Assembly (NCBI GenBank): GCA_036337155.1
Contig: JAYZET010000004.1
Coordinates: 8,352 to 72,351 of the forward strand
Direction of reading: 5' to 3'
Origin: Pseudomonadota bacterium
Lineage (GTDB): Bacteria; Pseudomonadota; Alphaproteobacteria; UBA8366
DNA: 64,000 bases
Positions 17,915-28,516 of the stretch are shown piece by piece (within the stretch, counting starts at the first letter, position 1; every line of letters begins with the position of its first letter). Position numbers and translations under genes: made by a program. The notes under the pieces are model-generated. The model had not been told where the DNA came from and did not search any database. It was given only the letters and a program-made list of their open reading frames with translations.

Positions 17915-19558
17915 ATGAACGTGGCTTCACAAAGACTGCGCCTCGCTCTCGTCACGGATATCCATCACGGTGTGCCGGTAAAGACGAAACGGAGTGACAT
18001 GGCCATGCCGCTGCTGCATCAGTTTGTCGATTTTACCAATGAATGGGGCCCCGATATTGTCGTCGATCTCGGCGACCGAATCAGCGATAAGGACAACGCG
18101 ACCGATCAAGAGTTGACTGCCGATGTTGCTGGCGCATTCCAGCGGGTTGGAGCTCCTCGCCGCCATATTGTTGGCAATCATGATCAGGAATTCATGAGCC
18201 GAACTGAAGGGGAAGTGTTGCTCGGTACTTCGCTCTCCAGCGAGAGCATCGATTTAAAAGGGTATCATCTTGTATTTTGGCAGGCGGACGTCCGTTACGA
18301 CAGGCAGTTAGGTTTCATCCTCTCGGAAGGCGATATAGATTGGCTGGCCCGAGACCTAGCCGCTGCAGAACTGCCTTCCATTGTGTTCAGTCATGTTCCA
18401 CTGGATGGAGCGTTGATGACGGGGAACTACTATTTCGAGGCTAATCAGCATTGTGCTCAGTACGATGAGACATCGGAGATCCGCCGAGTGCTGCGTGAAA
18501 CGGGTAATGTTGTGCTTTGTGTTGCCGGGCACGTTCATTGGAACAAAGCGAATACGGTCGATGGTATTCCTTATCTCTCGCTTCAATCATTGACCGAGAG
18601 TTTTACGACTGCGCCAGATCCTGCTGGCGCCTGGTCAACCATAGAAATCGACGAAGACATCCACTGGCGTTGCTACGGTGCCGATCCTGTCGACATGCAC
18701 TTACCCCTGGGGCGTGCTTGGACAGCGCCTCTGCCGAGCTTCGAGGAGCTGCGCCGTCAACAACAGGCGACGAAATGGGATGAACCGCTTACTGGTCTTA
18801 AGGGTGTTTTGTTCGACCTCGATGGTGTTGTGTATCGAGGTGAAGAACCGATAGAAGGCGCCTCTGAACTTTTTGCGTATCTGCGTGAAACGGGCCGAAT
18901 TGTTGGTGCTATTACCAATAACGCCCTGAAGACTGGTGACGAGTATGCCGAAAAGCTCGCCTCCATGGGTATCGATCTAGCGGGTGAGCGAATTTTTACC
19001 TCCGGCTGGGCTGCGGCACGTCATGTCGTTAACTCCAAACGGGGCGCGAAGGTATTTATAGTCGGTGGTGACGCCTTGCGGCGGGAATTACTGAATTCTG
19101 GCGCTATAGAAAGCGATGAACCTGATTTTGTGGTCGCGGGTATAGATCTTTCGTTGACGGTGCAGCGACTTTCTGATGCGGCCGTTCACGTACGAAACGG
19201 GGCTGGTTTGATTGTCACCAATCCGGATCAGACGGTTCCGATCGAAAACGGAGTGCGTGCTGGAGCGGGGGCCGTGCAGGCATTTATAGAGGCGGCCGGT
19301 GGTCGGGCCGCCACTGTGATAGGAAAGCCGCAGGCAGGCATCTTTCAACTTGCAGTTGGGAGACTGGAATTGCTGCCGGAAGATACGATCATGGTAGGTG
19401 ATACTGTGGAGACCGATATTGCTGGCGCTGAGGCGGCGGGTATGCGGTCGGTGCTGGTCGAAAGCGGAAACACCATAGTCGGGACTGCGGGGCCGACCGT
19501 GCGCGTCTCCGGCGTAGCCGAGTTGTTAGAAAGGTTTCGTGAGGTGGATGCGGCGTGA
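17915..19558 (+). CDS. fusion protein: calcineurin-like metallophosphoesterase (N) + HAD-IIA (NagD-like) phosphatase (C)
   Basis: The N half has VTDIHHG, DLGDRISD, GNHD and GHVHW. The C half has LFDLDGVVYRG (HAD motif I), ITNN (motif II) and GDTVETDI (motif IV). Confidence 0.8.
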   Translation: MNVASQRLRLALVTDIHHGVPVKTKRSDMAMPLLHQFVDFTNEWGPDIVVDLGDRISDKDNATDQELTADVAGAFQRVGAPRRHIVGNHDQEFMSRTEGEVLLGTSLSSESIDLKGYHLVFWQADVRYDRQLGFILSEGDIDWLARDLAAAELPSIVFSHVPLDGALMTGNYYFEANQHCAQYDETSEIRRVLRETGNVVLCVAGHVHWNKANTVDGIPYLSLQSLTESFTTAPDPAGAWSTIEIDEDIHWRCYGADPVDMHLPLGRAWTAPLPSFEELRRQQQATKWDEPLTGLKGVLFDLDGVVYRGEEPIEGASELFAYLRETGRIVGAITNNALKTGDEYAEKLASMGIDLAGERIFTSGWAAARHVVNSKRGAKVFIVGGDALRRELLNSGAIESDEPDFVVAGIDLSLTVQRLSDAAVHVRNGAGLIVTNPDQTVPIENGVRAGAGAVQAFIEAAGGRAATVIGKPQAGIFQLAVGRLELLPEDTIMVGDTVETDIAGAEAAGMRSVLVESGNTIVGTAGPTVRVSGVAELLERFREVDAA

Positions 19559-20868
19559 ACGCGGTTTTCTTCGCTATTGTTTTCATCTCCTTCACTGTCG
19601 CTGCCTACCGCGAGGTTTTCATTACGCAAACCGCATCGGATCTCAGCCATCCGATGAAAGCGCTGGCGACCGGTATGGTCGACGCCGCCGCAGATTCAGT
19701 TACTTTGGCGATTGGTCTTGTGGGGGTAATGTCGATGTTTCTCGGCCTAATGAAGGTCGCCGAAGCAGGTGGTCTTCTCACCATCATTGCCCGTCTACTA
19801 AAGCCGCTGATGGTACGATTGTTCCCGGAGGTTCCGGCAGAACATCCCGCGATGGGAGCAATGATCATGAACCTGTCGGCTAACATCATGGGACTAGGTA
19901 ATGCTGCTACGCCCTTTGGTATTCGTGCCATGCAAGAGCTGGATAAATTAAATGAACATAAGGGTACGGCGACCAATGCCATGGTGTTGTTCCTTGCCGT
20001 AAACACTTCAAGTGTTACACTGTTGCCCACCGGCGTGATAGCCTTGCGTGCGTCTCTGGGTTCCTCTGAGCCGGCAGCAATTCTTCCAACCACGTTATTT
20101 GCGACACTTATATCAACCGTGGTGGCCATCTTATCCGCTAAATTTTATCAACGTTATTTTTCGATGGGGCCCTCGGTTGCAGCCCTGGGTAAGATGCCGG
20201 ATCAGTTGCGAACCATCGCTGAACCACCGGAAGCCATTACGGCATCTGGTGCAAGTGATAGCGGTGATGCCTATCCTGGTTGGATTTCTCTCCTGGCGTT
20301 TGCCGTCATACTGGCATTGATACCGCTCACCATTTTTTGCGGTAGTGCAATTGCGCCGTGGATCATACCAGGCTTGATGGTCGGGTTATTGGGTTTCGGG
20401 ATGTGGCGCCGTATTCGCGTATACGAAGTGTTTGTCGAGGGTGCAAAAGATGGGTTTCAGGTCGCAATTCGGATCATTCCATATCTCGTAGCAATTCTGG
20501 TCGCGGTCGGCATGTTTCGGGCAAGCGGAGCGATGGAACTTCTGATTGAACCCTTGGGTGCTTTGACTCAAATATTTGGCCTGCCGCCGGAGGCTTTGCC
20601 GATGGCGTTGCTGCGGCCGCTCTCGGGCTCTGGCGCGTATGGCATTTTAGCCTCTATCTTGACAAATCCAGAGACAGGGCCGGATACGTACGTTGGACTT
20701 CTCGTCAGCACGTTCCAGGGGTCGACCGAGACGACGTTCTACGTTCTCGCTGTATATTTCGGAGCGGTAGGTATCCGCCGAATTCGGCATGCATTGGCCG
20801 CGGGTATCACTGGTGATATCGCTGGTATTGTGGCTGCTGTTAGCATCTGTTTGATATTATTCGATTAA
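19555..20868 (+). CDS. nucleoside-recognition (Gate) domain membrane protein, fused SpmA/SpmB-like
   Basis: Polytopic membrane protein in two halves, each resembling Gate-domain proteins (LLKPLMVRLFPEVP..., GNAATPFGIRAM). The GTG start overlaps the upstream stop (GTGA). Confidence 0.75.
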   Translation: MNAVFFAIVFISFTVAAYREVFITQTASDLSHPMKALATGMVDAAADSVTLAIGLVGVMSMFLGLMKVAEAGGLLTIIARLLKPLMVRLFPEVPAEHPAMGAMIMNLSANIMGLGNAATPFGIRAMQELDKLNEHKGTATNAMVLFLAVNTSSVTLLPTGVIALRASLGSSEPAAILPTTLFATLISTVVAILSAKFYQRYFSMGPSVAALGKMPDQLRTIAEPPEAITASGASDSGDAYPGWISLLAFAVILALIPLTIFCGSAIAPWIIPGLMVGLLGFGMWRRIRVYEVFVEGAKDGFQVAIRIIPYLVAILVAVGMFRASGAMELLIEPLGALTQIFGLPPEALPMALLRPLSGSGAYGILASILTNPETGPDTYVGLLVSTFQGSTETTFYVLAVYFGAVGIRRIRHALAAGITGDIAGIVAAVSICLILFD

Positions 20869-21060
20869 TTATGGATTAGCTACCTGAGTTTGAGGGAATA
20901 ATAGTATTGGGTCCGTATGCTTCGAGTAACAATTCGTCGGATTTTGTTTGTAGAGTGGATGCTCTCGCTTTGCTACAACTTGTGCTTGATCAAGATCAAA
21001 AAGGCATATCTGGTGTTTTTGCTTGGCCGGGCCAATATTTGGCGGTTGTAGGGAATTTTA

Positions 21061-21858
21061 ATGACGGGCGACGAGATTTCTAATGGGCTAAATGAGCTGA
21101 CGGAAGAAATGCGGCTTTGGGAAAAGGATAGCATCGAACCAGCATTAATGTCCGCCGTCTTCGAGAATTGTTGCGGTATACTTGGGAATAATCCAACAGG
21201 ACATGAGGTTAGTGAAGCGGTTGCCACTGCCGTTGCCATCACCGAGCAGGTTTGGAGCGATATTGAGAACGAATCATTAGCGCCAGCCTGCGAGAAAGGT
21301 TGCGCTTGGTGCTGTCATCAGACGGTGATGGTGATCGCTCCAGAAGTTATTTTCCTAGCAGGCCAAGTAGATCGATTGTTTGACACTGCCAAGCGGAGCG
21401 AGCTTAGAGCGCGTCTTGGGCGTCAAAGAAAATTGATAGAGGGGAAGACCACAGCGGATCGCCAAACGAACAGCTTTGCCTGCGGAGTACTCGTTGATGG
21501 TGAATGTTCGGTGCATCAAGGCCGCCCGCTGCTCTGCCGAGGAGCATTCTCTTCGGATGCAGGCTTCTGCCGTCACCTTTTCGAAAATTTCGTCGAAGTT
21601 ATTGCGGCGATCGATAGTGGTGCGCGCGAGGGAAAATTTTTACATACACCAAAAATCCTGTTTGATAGCGCTCAGCTGGGGTTATCGAAGGCATTTCAAA
21701 AGCTTGGCTATAAATGTCCTCCACTCGAATTGACAGCAGCACTGGATATTGCCTTGTCGCTGCCGGACGTTGGTGATGTGTGGCTTGGCGAAGAGAGTAT
21801 TTTTGCCCCTGCGGCTCTAACGAAGATAGGTAATTATTATGTTACTAGTTCGAGCTAA
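21061..21858 (+). CDS. YkgJ-family (UPF0153, CxxCxxCC-type) cysteine-cluster protein
   Basis: CEKGCAWCCHQ and CGVLVDGECSVHQGRPLLCRGAF match the two Cys motifs of the family. Confidence 0.7.
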   Translation: MTGDEISNGLNELTEEMRLWEKDSIEPALMSAVFENCCGILGNNPTGHEVSEAVATAVAITEQVWSDIENESLAPACEKGCAWCCHQTVMVIAPEVIFLAGQVDRLFDTAKRSELRARLGRQRKLIEGKTTADRQTNSFACGVLVDGECSVHQGRPLLCRGAFSSDAGFCRHLFENFVEVIAAIDSGAREGKFLHTPKILFDSAQLGLSKAFQKLGYKCPPLELTAALDIALSLPDVGDVWLGEESIFAPAALTKIGNYYVTSSS

Positions 21859-23131
21859 ACATTTTACGGATAGTCTCGATGGCCATTTCCAGTTGTTCGT
21901 CACCTTTGCGATCTGGGTTCGATTCAACTACGGTGTCGGGTTCAATCCCACCTTCGACGGAATTCCCGGACGGAGTTAGGTAAATCGAAGTCGTTAGGCG
22001 CAAAGCGTCATTGCCACCAAGTGGTATTAGCCTCTGGACGGTGCCTTTGCCAAAGCTGCGCTTTCCAATTAACACCGCCCGGCGGTGGTCTCGCAACGAT
22101 CCTGCGACAATCTCTGATGCAGATGCGGAACCCTCATTAATAATGACTGCCATGGGCAATCCGTTCGCGATGTCGCCGATATTGGCTTCGTGGTGTTCCT
22201 CAGTGTGCCGTCCCTTGGTCGAAACGATACGCCCACTGTCTAGGAAGGCGTCCGATAAATAGATGGCTTCGTCGAATGGTCCCCCAGGATTGCTCCGCAG
22301 GTCTAATACAAATCCACGCAGCCTTCCTCCGGCTTTGCTGCGTATTTTTTCGACCGCTGCCTCGACCCGCTTACTCACGTCTCGGGTAAAAGCGCTTACG
22401 CGGATATAACCAACTTCGCGCACGAGACGCCAATTGACGCCTTTGATTTTAATAATCTCGCGTACAACCATTACGTCAAACGGCTCGGTCCCTTTGCGGA
22501 CTATCGATAAGGTGATGGGATTGCCGACTTCTCCTCGTAATAGACGAACGGCGGCGGGTAGAGACATTGTGCCAAGCGCTCGGCCGTCAGCGCGCGTGAT
22601 GACATCCCCTGACTTTATTCCAGCACGAAACGCTGGCGTATCGTCAATTGGAGAGATGACGAGGAGCCCTCGTTCGTGTTTGTTTATTTTGATTCCAAGG
22701 CCACCGAATTGTCCTTGAATGCGTTCGCGAATTGCCTTCAATTCGGATGGGTCAAGATAGGTACTGTATTTGTCGAGTGATTGAAGCATTCCCTGTATGG
22801 CTGCCATGACGAGTTTTTCGTTAGAGACGCCTTGGGGTTTAGGATAACGTTCGCGCAGGCCTTTGCGTGCGGACGCTAATAAATCGGCGTCTTGGACTGG
22901 ACGAACATAGTCATTTCGGACCCGATCAAAAACCAAAGCAAAAGTCGAGAGAGCCGCGTCAGACAGGTTGGTGCTAAGATCGGCGTCTGGAAGATGCGAA
23001 GTAAGGTCTCTGGCGATACTGTTTGCGGCGGCAATTGAATCCGGACCAGGCCGGCGGTCAATAATTCCGCACGATGCAAGCGACAGGAAAATCGCAAAAA
23101 GACTGGTTACGAAACGCGTTTTAAAAAACAT
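21845..23131 (-). CDS. S41-family carboxy-terminal processing peptidase (Ctp/Prc) with PDZ domain; probable lipoprotein
   Basis: PDZ segment (GLLVISPIDDTPAFRAGIKSGDVITRADG), catalytic region (DLRSNPGG ... GSASASEI ... GKRSFGKGTVQ), and lipobox LASC after the ATG at 23131. Confidence 0.9.
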   Translation of the reverse strand: MFFKTRFVTSLFAIFLSLASCGIIDRRPGPDSIAAANSIARDLTSHLPDADLSTNLSDAALSTFALVFDRVRNDYVRPVQDADLLASARKGLRERYPKPQGVSNEKLVMAAIQGMLQSLDKYSTYLDPSELKAIRERIQGQFGGLGIKINKHERGLLVISPIDDTPAFRAGIKSGDVITRADGRALGTMSLPAAVRLLRGEVGNPITLSIVRKGTEPFDVMVVREIIKIKGVNWRLVREVGYIRVSAFTRDVSKRVEAAVEKIRSKAGGRLRGFVLDLRSNPGGPFDEAIYLSDAFLDSGRIVSTKGRHTEEHHEANIGDIANGLPMAVIINEGSASASEIVAGSLRDHRRAVLIGKRSFGKGTVQRLIPLGGNDALRLTTSIYLTPSGNSVEGGIEPDTVVESNPDRKGDEQLEMAIETIRKMFSSN

Positions 23132-23547
23132 ATGGTTTCGTATTATTTCGATGCCGACCATTTATTATTTTTCATTTTGTATGTTTCAAAATTGATAAAG
23201 ACCGCGTGTTGCAAATTGAATTAGATCAGTTTCGAGAGCGGTTGGTATGTAGGTACCTAGGCGTTACAGGTGTGGCGCGTCAAACTGTGTCTGTACCGCA
23301 ACAGTAATTATTTTATGTCGAAAAGAGCAACAGTGCCCTTTAAGGCCACTAGATAATAGCGGATCGATTTAATTTTTGAGTGGGAGGCGCTAAGATAAGC
23401 AAGGCTTGTTGGATTCCTGATAGATTTGAGAAAGTATATCCGTATCAGGTTGCGGGCTTGAGCGAGAAATATCTCGTAGGTACAGAAATTCCTGTCGCCA
23501 AACGCCCTGATGACGCAATGTAGCTTTAATATTGCTCGACTGGTTTC

Positions 23548-24870
23548 ATGCCCAAACTCAGCTCATTCGCCATTCAGACTTCTCTAGCCCGCCGCGTGCC
23601 ATTTTTTTATGGGTGGATCGTGATCGGTGTAGCTTTCGTAACCATGGCGATTGCTGTAAATTCCCGAACCGCTTTCTCACTCCTCTATCCACCGATCCTA
23701 GATGAGTTTGGTTGGAGCCGAGGCGATACGGCCGCAATTTTCTCTATTGGGTTTATTGCTTCGAGCATTGGAACGCCGCTCGTCGGATTACTAATGGGGC
23801 ACTTGGGTCCTCGCCTAGTGATGCCGCTCGGCGCTTTGCTTGTCGCTAGCGGCCTTTTGTTGGGGACCTTCGCGAGTGCGCTGTGGCAATTTTATCTGAC
23901 ACTCGGCGTTCTTGTTATAGGTGGCAGCATCTTCATCAGCTACATTGGGCATTCGATGTTTCTAGCTAATTGGTTTAATCGGCAACGCGGGCTCGCGGTG
24001 GGTATAGCATTTTCGGGTGTAGGATTTGGTGGCATCGTTATGTTCCTATGGATTCAGCAGATCATCGTCGATATCGGTTGGAGGGTGTCATGCTGGGTTA
24101 TGGCGATATTGTTGGTTGTCATTGTCGTTCCATTAAATTTTCTATTGCAATGTCAGAAACCGAGTGAGTTGGATTTGGAGCCGGACGGCCACGCCGGCGA
24201 TATGTCGGGAAGCATGATTTCCCAATCGCTCGTTGTTGATCGCGAATGGGTTGAAACGGAATGGACGCTGCGGCGTGCAATGTTGACGTCGCGCTTTTGG
24301 TGGTTAGCACTGACAATGGGGACCGGATTATTCGCTTGGTATGCGGTGCAGGTCCACCAAAGCCAATACCTGCTGCAGCTTGGTTTTGGTGAAACGCAGG
24401 TTGCCTTGGCACTTGGTGTTGTCGTGATGAGTGGTGTGGTAGGTCAGATCGGGCTGGGCCATTTGTCGGACCGGCTGGGCCGTGAATGGGCCTGGACCCT
24501 AAGCCTTTCGGGTTACGTACTTTGCTATTCGGCACTCTTGTTACTGCAGCAGTATCCTTTGGTTCTACTTGTTTATGTGATGGCGGCTGCGCAAGGCATT
24601 TTGGGCTATGGATTAGCCTCAATGTTCGGTGCGATGCCCGCCGATTTGTTTCAAGGGCCTAATTTTGCGGCCATCATCGGCGTGGTTAGTGTGGCCGCGA
24701 ATTTTGGGGCCGGGGTCGGGCCTTGGCTAACTGGATATCTCTATGACGTTACCGGAAGTTACGATGACGCGTGGTGGCTCGCCATTGCTGTTTCGCTCGT
24801 TTCAATTGGTGCTGTTTGGATGGCTGCACCGCGTAAGGTTCGCTTAGTCGCAGGTCAAGCGTCGAGATAG
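23548..24870 (+). CDS. MFS transporter
   Basis: 12 predicted hydrophobic segments in two halves, with an MFS loop motif (GHLSDRLGRE). Confidence 0.85.
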   Translation: MPKLSSFAIQTSLARRVPFFYGWIVIGVAFVTMAIAVNSRTAFSLLYPPILDEFGWSRGDTAAIFSIGFIASSIGTPLVGLLMGHLGPRLVMPLGALLVASGLLLGTFASALWQFYLTLGVLVIGGSIFISYIGHSMFLANWFNRQRGLAVGIAFSGVGFGGIVMFLWIQQIIVDIGWRVSCWVMAILLVVIVVPLNFLLQCQKPSELDLEPDGHAGDMSGSMISQSLVVDREWVETEWTLRRAMLTSRFWWLALTMGTGLFAWYAVQVHQSQYLLQLGFGETQVALALGVVVMSGVVGQIGLGHLSDRLGREWAWTLSLSGYVLCYSALLLLQQYPLVLLVYVMAAAQGILGYGLASMFGAMPADLFQGPNFAAIIGVVSVAANFGAGVGPWLTGYLYDVTGSYDDAWWLAIAVSLVSIGAVWMAAPRKVRLVAGQASR

Positions 24871-25166
24871 CGGTGAATGACAATCTCGCGCGTTCTCTCG
24901 TTGCGGGTCTTTAGATAGTTAGAGTTCCATATGTAGATATTTGGTTCTTAACCAGCCGGATATTTCTCATATGATTCCCAGGCGATACCCGAGATTACAG
25001 CACGAACAATTGTTAAGCTGATAAGTGTCTGTGCTTTAGTGGTTTTGCTATTGTCGACCCTGAATACTCATTCGAGCAATATCCTGACCCGCGCCTTTGT
25101 GGTCGTTCCGGTTTAGCTGAGCAATTTTTTTCATGCAGGGTCGTTTCCGTTCATAGTCCAAGCACG

Positions 25167-27092
25167 CTATTCGTTTTTTTCACGCCAAGGGGGCCGCTCG
25201 GAGTCGAGTTTTGGGGAGGACACGTGCTTGTGAAAAAAGCTCTTAACAGTCTCTAGGAACGAACGCGACTTTCTCGCTGTGTATGGCGCGACTGTCATTT
25301 CTTTTGGCAACCTGCGGGCTGTTTGTCGACTTGAAGAGCGGGTAGCGAAATCTTGCCAAATCGAGGCTGGAAGTTGGCCTCCCGTAACACTTTTCGTTGG
25401 TTTATTGTCATCATTACCAAGCCAAACACCGGCCACAAAATTAGCCGAATATCCTATGAACCACCCATCACGATAACCCTGGCTGGTTCCGGTTTTGCCG
25501 GCGACTTCGCGATCTTTTAGGCGGGCGCGATGACCGCTTCCATGTCGCACGGCCGCGATAAGCATCCGGTTCATCCAGCCTACATGGCGTGAGTCGATGA
25601 CTTGTCCTAGTGTATCTCCGGTCCGAACAAAAAGTGATCTACCATCAGTTGTTCGGATCCGTTTGATCCCATAAGGAAATACACCGAACCCACCGTTCGC
25701 AAATGGGAGATAGGCCGCGGTCATTTCGAATAAACTGACCTCCGACGCACCAAGCGCCAGTGAGAGGTCAGGTGACAAATCCGCCGTAATTCCAAGACGC
25801 CGCGCAGTTGCAATAATCTTTTTAGGGCCGGCCTCTTTTGCGACTTTGACAGCGACGGTATTGATTGATTTGGCAAGGGCGTGTTCGACTGTGACAAGGC
25901 CGGTGAATTTACCGTCGAAATTACGGGGACGCCAACCATCGATTTCGACAGGCGCATCGCGAAATTTGCTCTCCGGTCTCAATCCGCCTTCAAGCCCGGC
26001 GAGAAATACAATCGGCTTAAATGCGGATCCGGGTTGGCGGCGTGCTTGAACTGCCCGATTATATTGGCTTGTCTTGTAAGAACGGCCGCCGATCATCGCA
26101 CGAATGGCGCCGTCCGGAGCGAAGGCAATAAGAGCTCCTTGCCCAACAGACCGTTTTTTGCCGTGCCTAGCCAAAGCCTGATTGAGGGCGACCTCTGCCG
26201 AAGTTTGCATTTTTGGGTCGAGTGTTGTTTCCACGATGATATCTCCGTCGATACGGCCGACGAAGAAGGGTATTTGCGTTACAACCCAATCGATAAAATA
26301 GCCTTCAGCCGATGTTTGGGTAACCGGTTTTGCAAGCCGTATCGGTGTCCGCTTGGCTGCTTCGGCCTGTCGCCGTGATAGATATCCGGCTGCTACCATA
26401 TTGTCGAGGACATCGGCGGCCCTTTGCTTGGCGCGGCGGAGGTTGTTTGTGGGAGCATAACGTGATGGTGCCTTCAGTAATCCGGCAAGCAGCGCCGCCT
26501 CGCTGAGATTTATCGAACGTGCTGATTTTCCGAAATAGCGGCGCGATGCTGCCTCGACACCGTAACTGCCGGCACCGAGATAGACACGGTTGAGATAGAG
26601 GGTGAGTATCTGGCGTTTTTTAAGCCGAGCTTCCAGCCAAACGGCTAGTATTAGTTCCTTTAACTTTCGAACAATCGAACGTTCGGGCGTAAGCCACAAG
26701 TTTTTGGCCAATTGCTGGGTAATTGTGCTGCCGCCCTGCACTACTCGTCCGGCGCGAATATTGGCGATTAAAGCCCGCGCGAAACCGATTACATCCATGC
26801 CGAAATGTTTGTAGAAACGGCGATCCTCGGTAGCCAGAACGGCCTGCGGCAGGTGGGCAGGCATTTTTTCAATCGCCACTAGACGGGCACTGGTCCCGGT
26901 TTGCGCCAATGCGCTTCCGTCGCGCGCAAGGATAATGATCTCATTACTCCTCGTGCTGCTAAACAGGTTGTTAGTATCGGGCATGTCAGGTGCGAGAATT
27001 AGGAAGAGAATTGCGCAAGCGAGGGCCAGTAGCAGTAATCCGCTGACGCTGAATTTCATCAGTAGCATCAAGATTCGAGCGATGCGCAGCAT
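25167..27092 (-). CDS. bifunctional class A penicillin-binding protein (GT51 transglycosylase + transpeptidase)
   Basis: GT51 motifs (ATEDRRFYKHFG, GGSTITQQLAKN, RKLKE), transpeptidase motifs SAFKP and KTGTS. ATG at 27092 precedes the TM anchor. Confidence 0.85.
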   Translation of the reverse strand: MLRIARILMLLMKFSVSGLLLLALACAILFLILAPDMPDTNNLFSSTRSNEIIILARDGSALAQTGTSARLVAIEKMPAHLPQAVLATEDRRFYKHFGMDVIGFARALIANIRAGRVVQGGSTITQQLAKNLWLTPERSIVRKLKELILAVWLEARLKKRQILTLYLNRVYLGAGSYGVEAASRRYFGKSARSINLSEAALLAGLLKAPSRYAPTNNLRRAKQRAADVLDNMVAAGYLSRRQAEAAKRTPIRLAKPVTQTSAEGYFIDWVVTQIPFFVGRIDGDIIVETTLDPKMQTSAEVALNQALARHGKKRSVGQGALIAFAPDGAIRAMIGGRSYKTSQYNRAVQARRQPGSAFKPIVFLAGLEGGLRPESKFRDAPVEIDGWRPRNFDGKFTGLVTVEHALAKSINTVAVKVAKEAGPKKIIATARRLGITADLSPDLSLALGASEVSLFEMTAAYLPFANGGFGVFPYGIKRIRTTDGRSLFVRTGDTLGQVIDSRHVGWMNRMLIAAVRHGSGHRARLKDREVAGKTGTSQGYRDGWFIGYSANFVAGVWLGNDDNKPTKSVTGGQLPASIWQDFATRSSSRQTARRLPKEMTVAPYTARKSRSFLETVKSFFHKHVSSPKLDSERPPWREKNE

Positions 27093-27269
27093 GTTCGTAG
27101 CCCTATTGATGAGCTTTGACGGAACATGGAGCCTAGTGCATTGCGATGCAACCAAACTTGTGCTCGCTTAAGAGGCTAACTTGGGTCACACTGCCACTCT
27201 AGGTCCAATTATGATTTATGCAGATAGAAATTTAGGCTCTCTGCGGTAGAGCTTCTGGAGGAGAGAAAT

Positions 27270-28010
27270 TTGGCTGAACGCCTGAAAGGCAAATCGATTT
27301 TAGTAACCGCTGCTGCTCGTGGCATCGGGTTAGCCATCGCCAAGCGATTTGCGGGTGAGGGGGCCTCTGTGATGGCGACAGATCTCGATAGCGATGAACT
27401 GTCCCGGCTTACTGGCACAGATGGGATAACGACGCGTGTCCTCGACGTCACTGACGGAGCAGCGGTTAACGATCTCTCAGTTGCTATGGGACGTTTAGAT
27501 GTCTTGTGCAATATTGCTGGGTATGTGCACCATGGTAGCATTTTGGAACTTGAGGAAGAGGAGTGGGATTTTTCATTCGAATTGAACGTCAAATCGATGT
27601 ACCGGACGATCCGTGCCTTTTTGCCGGCAATGTTGGAAGGCGGCGGTGGTTCGATTATCAATATGTCGTCGGTTGCCTCTTCACTTCGAGGATTACCCTT
27701 CAGATGTGTTTATGGCGCTAGCAAGGCGGCAGTGATAGGTCTAACGAAATCGGTAGCAGCGGATTATATCGCAAACGGTATTCGTTGCAATTGTATTTGT
27801 CCTGGTACCGTGGAAAGCCCTTCTCTTGAAGCACGCATTGCGGCGTTCGATGATCCGGATTTGGCGCGTCGCAATTTCATCGCTCGACAGCCGATGGGCA
27901 GGCTCGGCACGGCAGAAGAGATCGCTGCGATGGCGGTTTACCTTGCTAGTGATGAATCTGCCTACGCGACTGGTACCGCCTTTGTGGTAGATGGCGGGGT
28001 TACTTTATGA
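27270..28010 (+). CDS. SDR-family oxidoreductase
   Basis: TAAARGIG cofactor motif, NIAG, YGASKAAV catalytic motif. TTG start at 27270 with GGAGGAGAG 6 nt upstream. Confidence 0.85.
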   Translation: MAERLKGKSILVTAAARGIGLAIAKRFAGEGASVMATDLDSDELSRLTGTDGITTRVLDVTDGAAVNDLSVAMGRLDVLCNIAGYVHHGSILELEEEEWDFSFELNVKSMYRTIRAFLPAMLEGGGGSIINMSSVASSLRGLPFRCVYGASKAAVIGLTKSVAADYIANGIRCNCICPGTVESPSLEARIAAFDDPDLARRNFIARQPMGRLGTAEEIAAMAVYLASDESAYATGTAFVVDGGVTL

Positions 28011-28516
28011 GGGTAACCAGGCAATTTTAGTGTTGTTTCCCTGCGCTCAGCGAGCAGATAATTTTGATTGAGCGTGGATCGGTTGATTTGTAGACCCAGA
28101 CTACTGATTGCGAAAGCATGGGTTTGTAGTATCGTTATCTCAGATAGTGATGACGTTTATTTCGCAGTATTTTGGTACGATAAATTTTAATTATTTTCTA
28201 AGCGCTGGCCATACGTATTGTGACGGCGGGATCATGGCGTCGAACAAGACTAAACGCAGAGCCCCCAAAAAATGGTGCGAAATCGCATAATAGCGTCCGA
28301 TACAGTGTCCAAGAGTAGCGCGGCGGTGATCAAGAGATCTACTAATTTGCATGGCCATATTGCGCCCGTCGTCATGCGTTACTGATTAGCCAATTTGCCG
28401 GGGCTGTCTTAAGCCGTCAACTGGGCCGAATTATATTTGCTATTGTGAGATGAACCTGAACGCTTGCAGCAGGATAAGGGCGAAAATTTGCTAAGTTTCT
28501 CGGCGACATGGGTGGC

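Noticed and set aside
27209-27661. 150-aa minus-strand ORF
   Set aside because: It is antisense to the SDR gene 27270..28010, which has cofactor and catalytic motifs and a strong SD.
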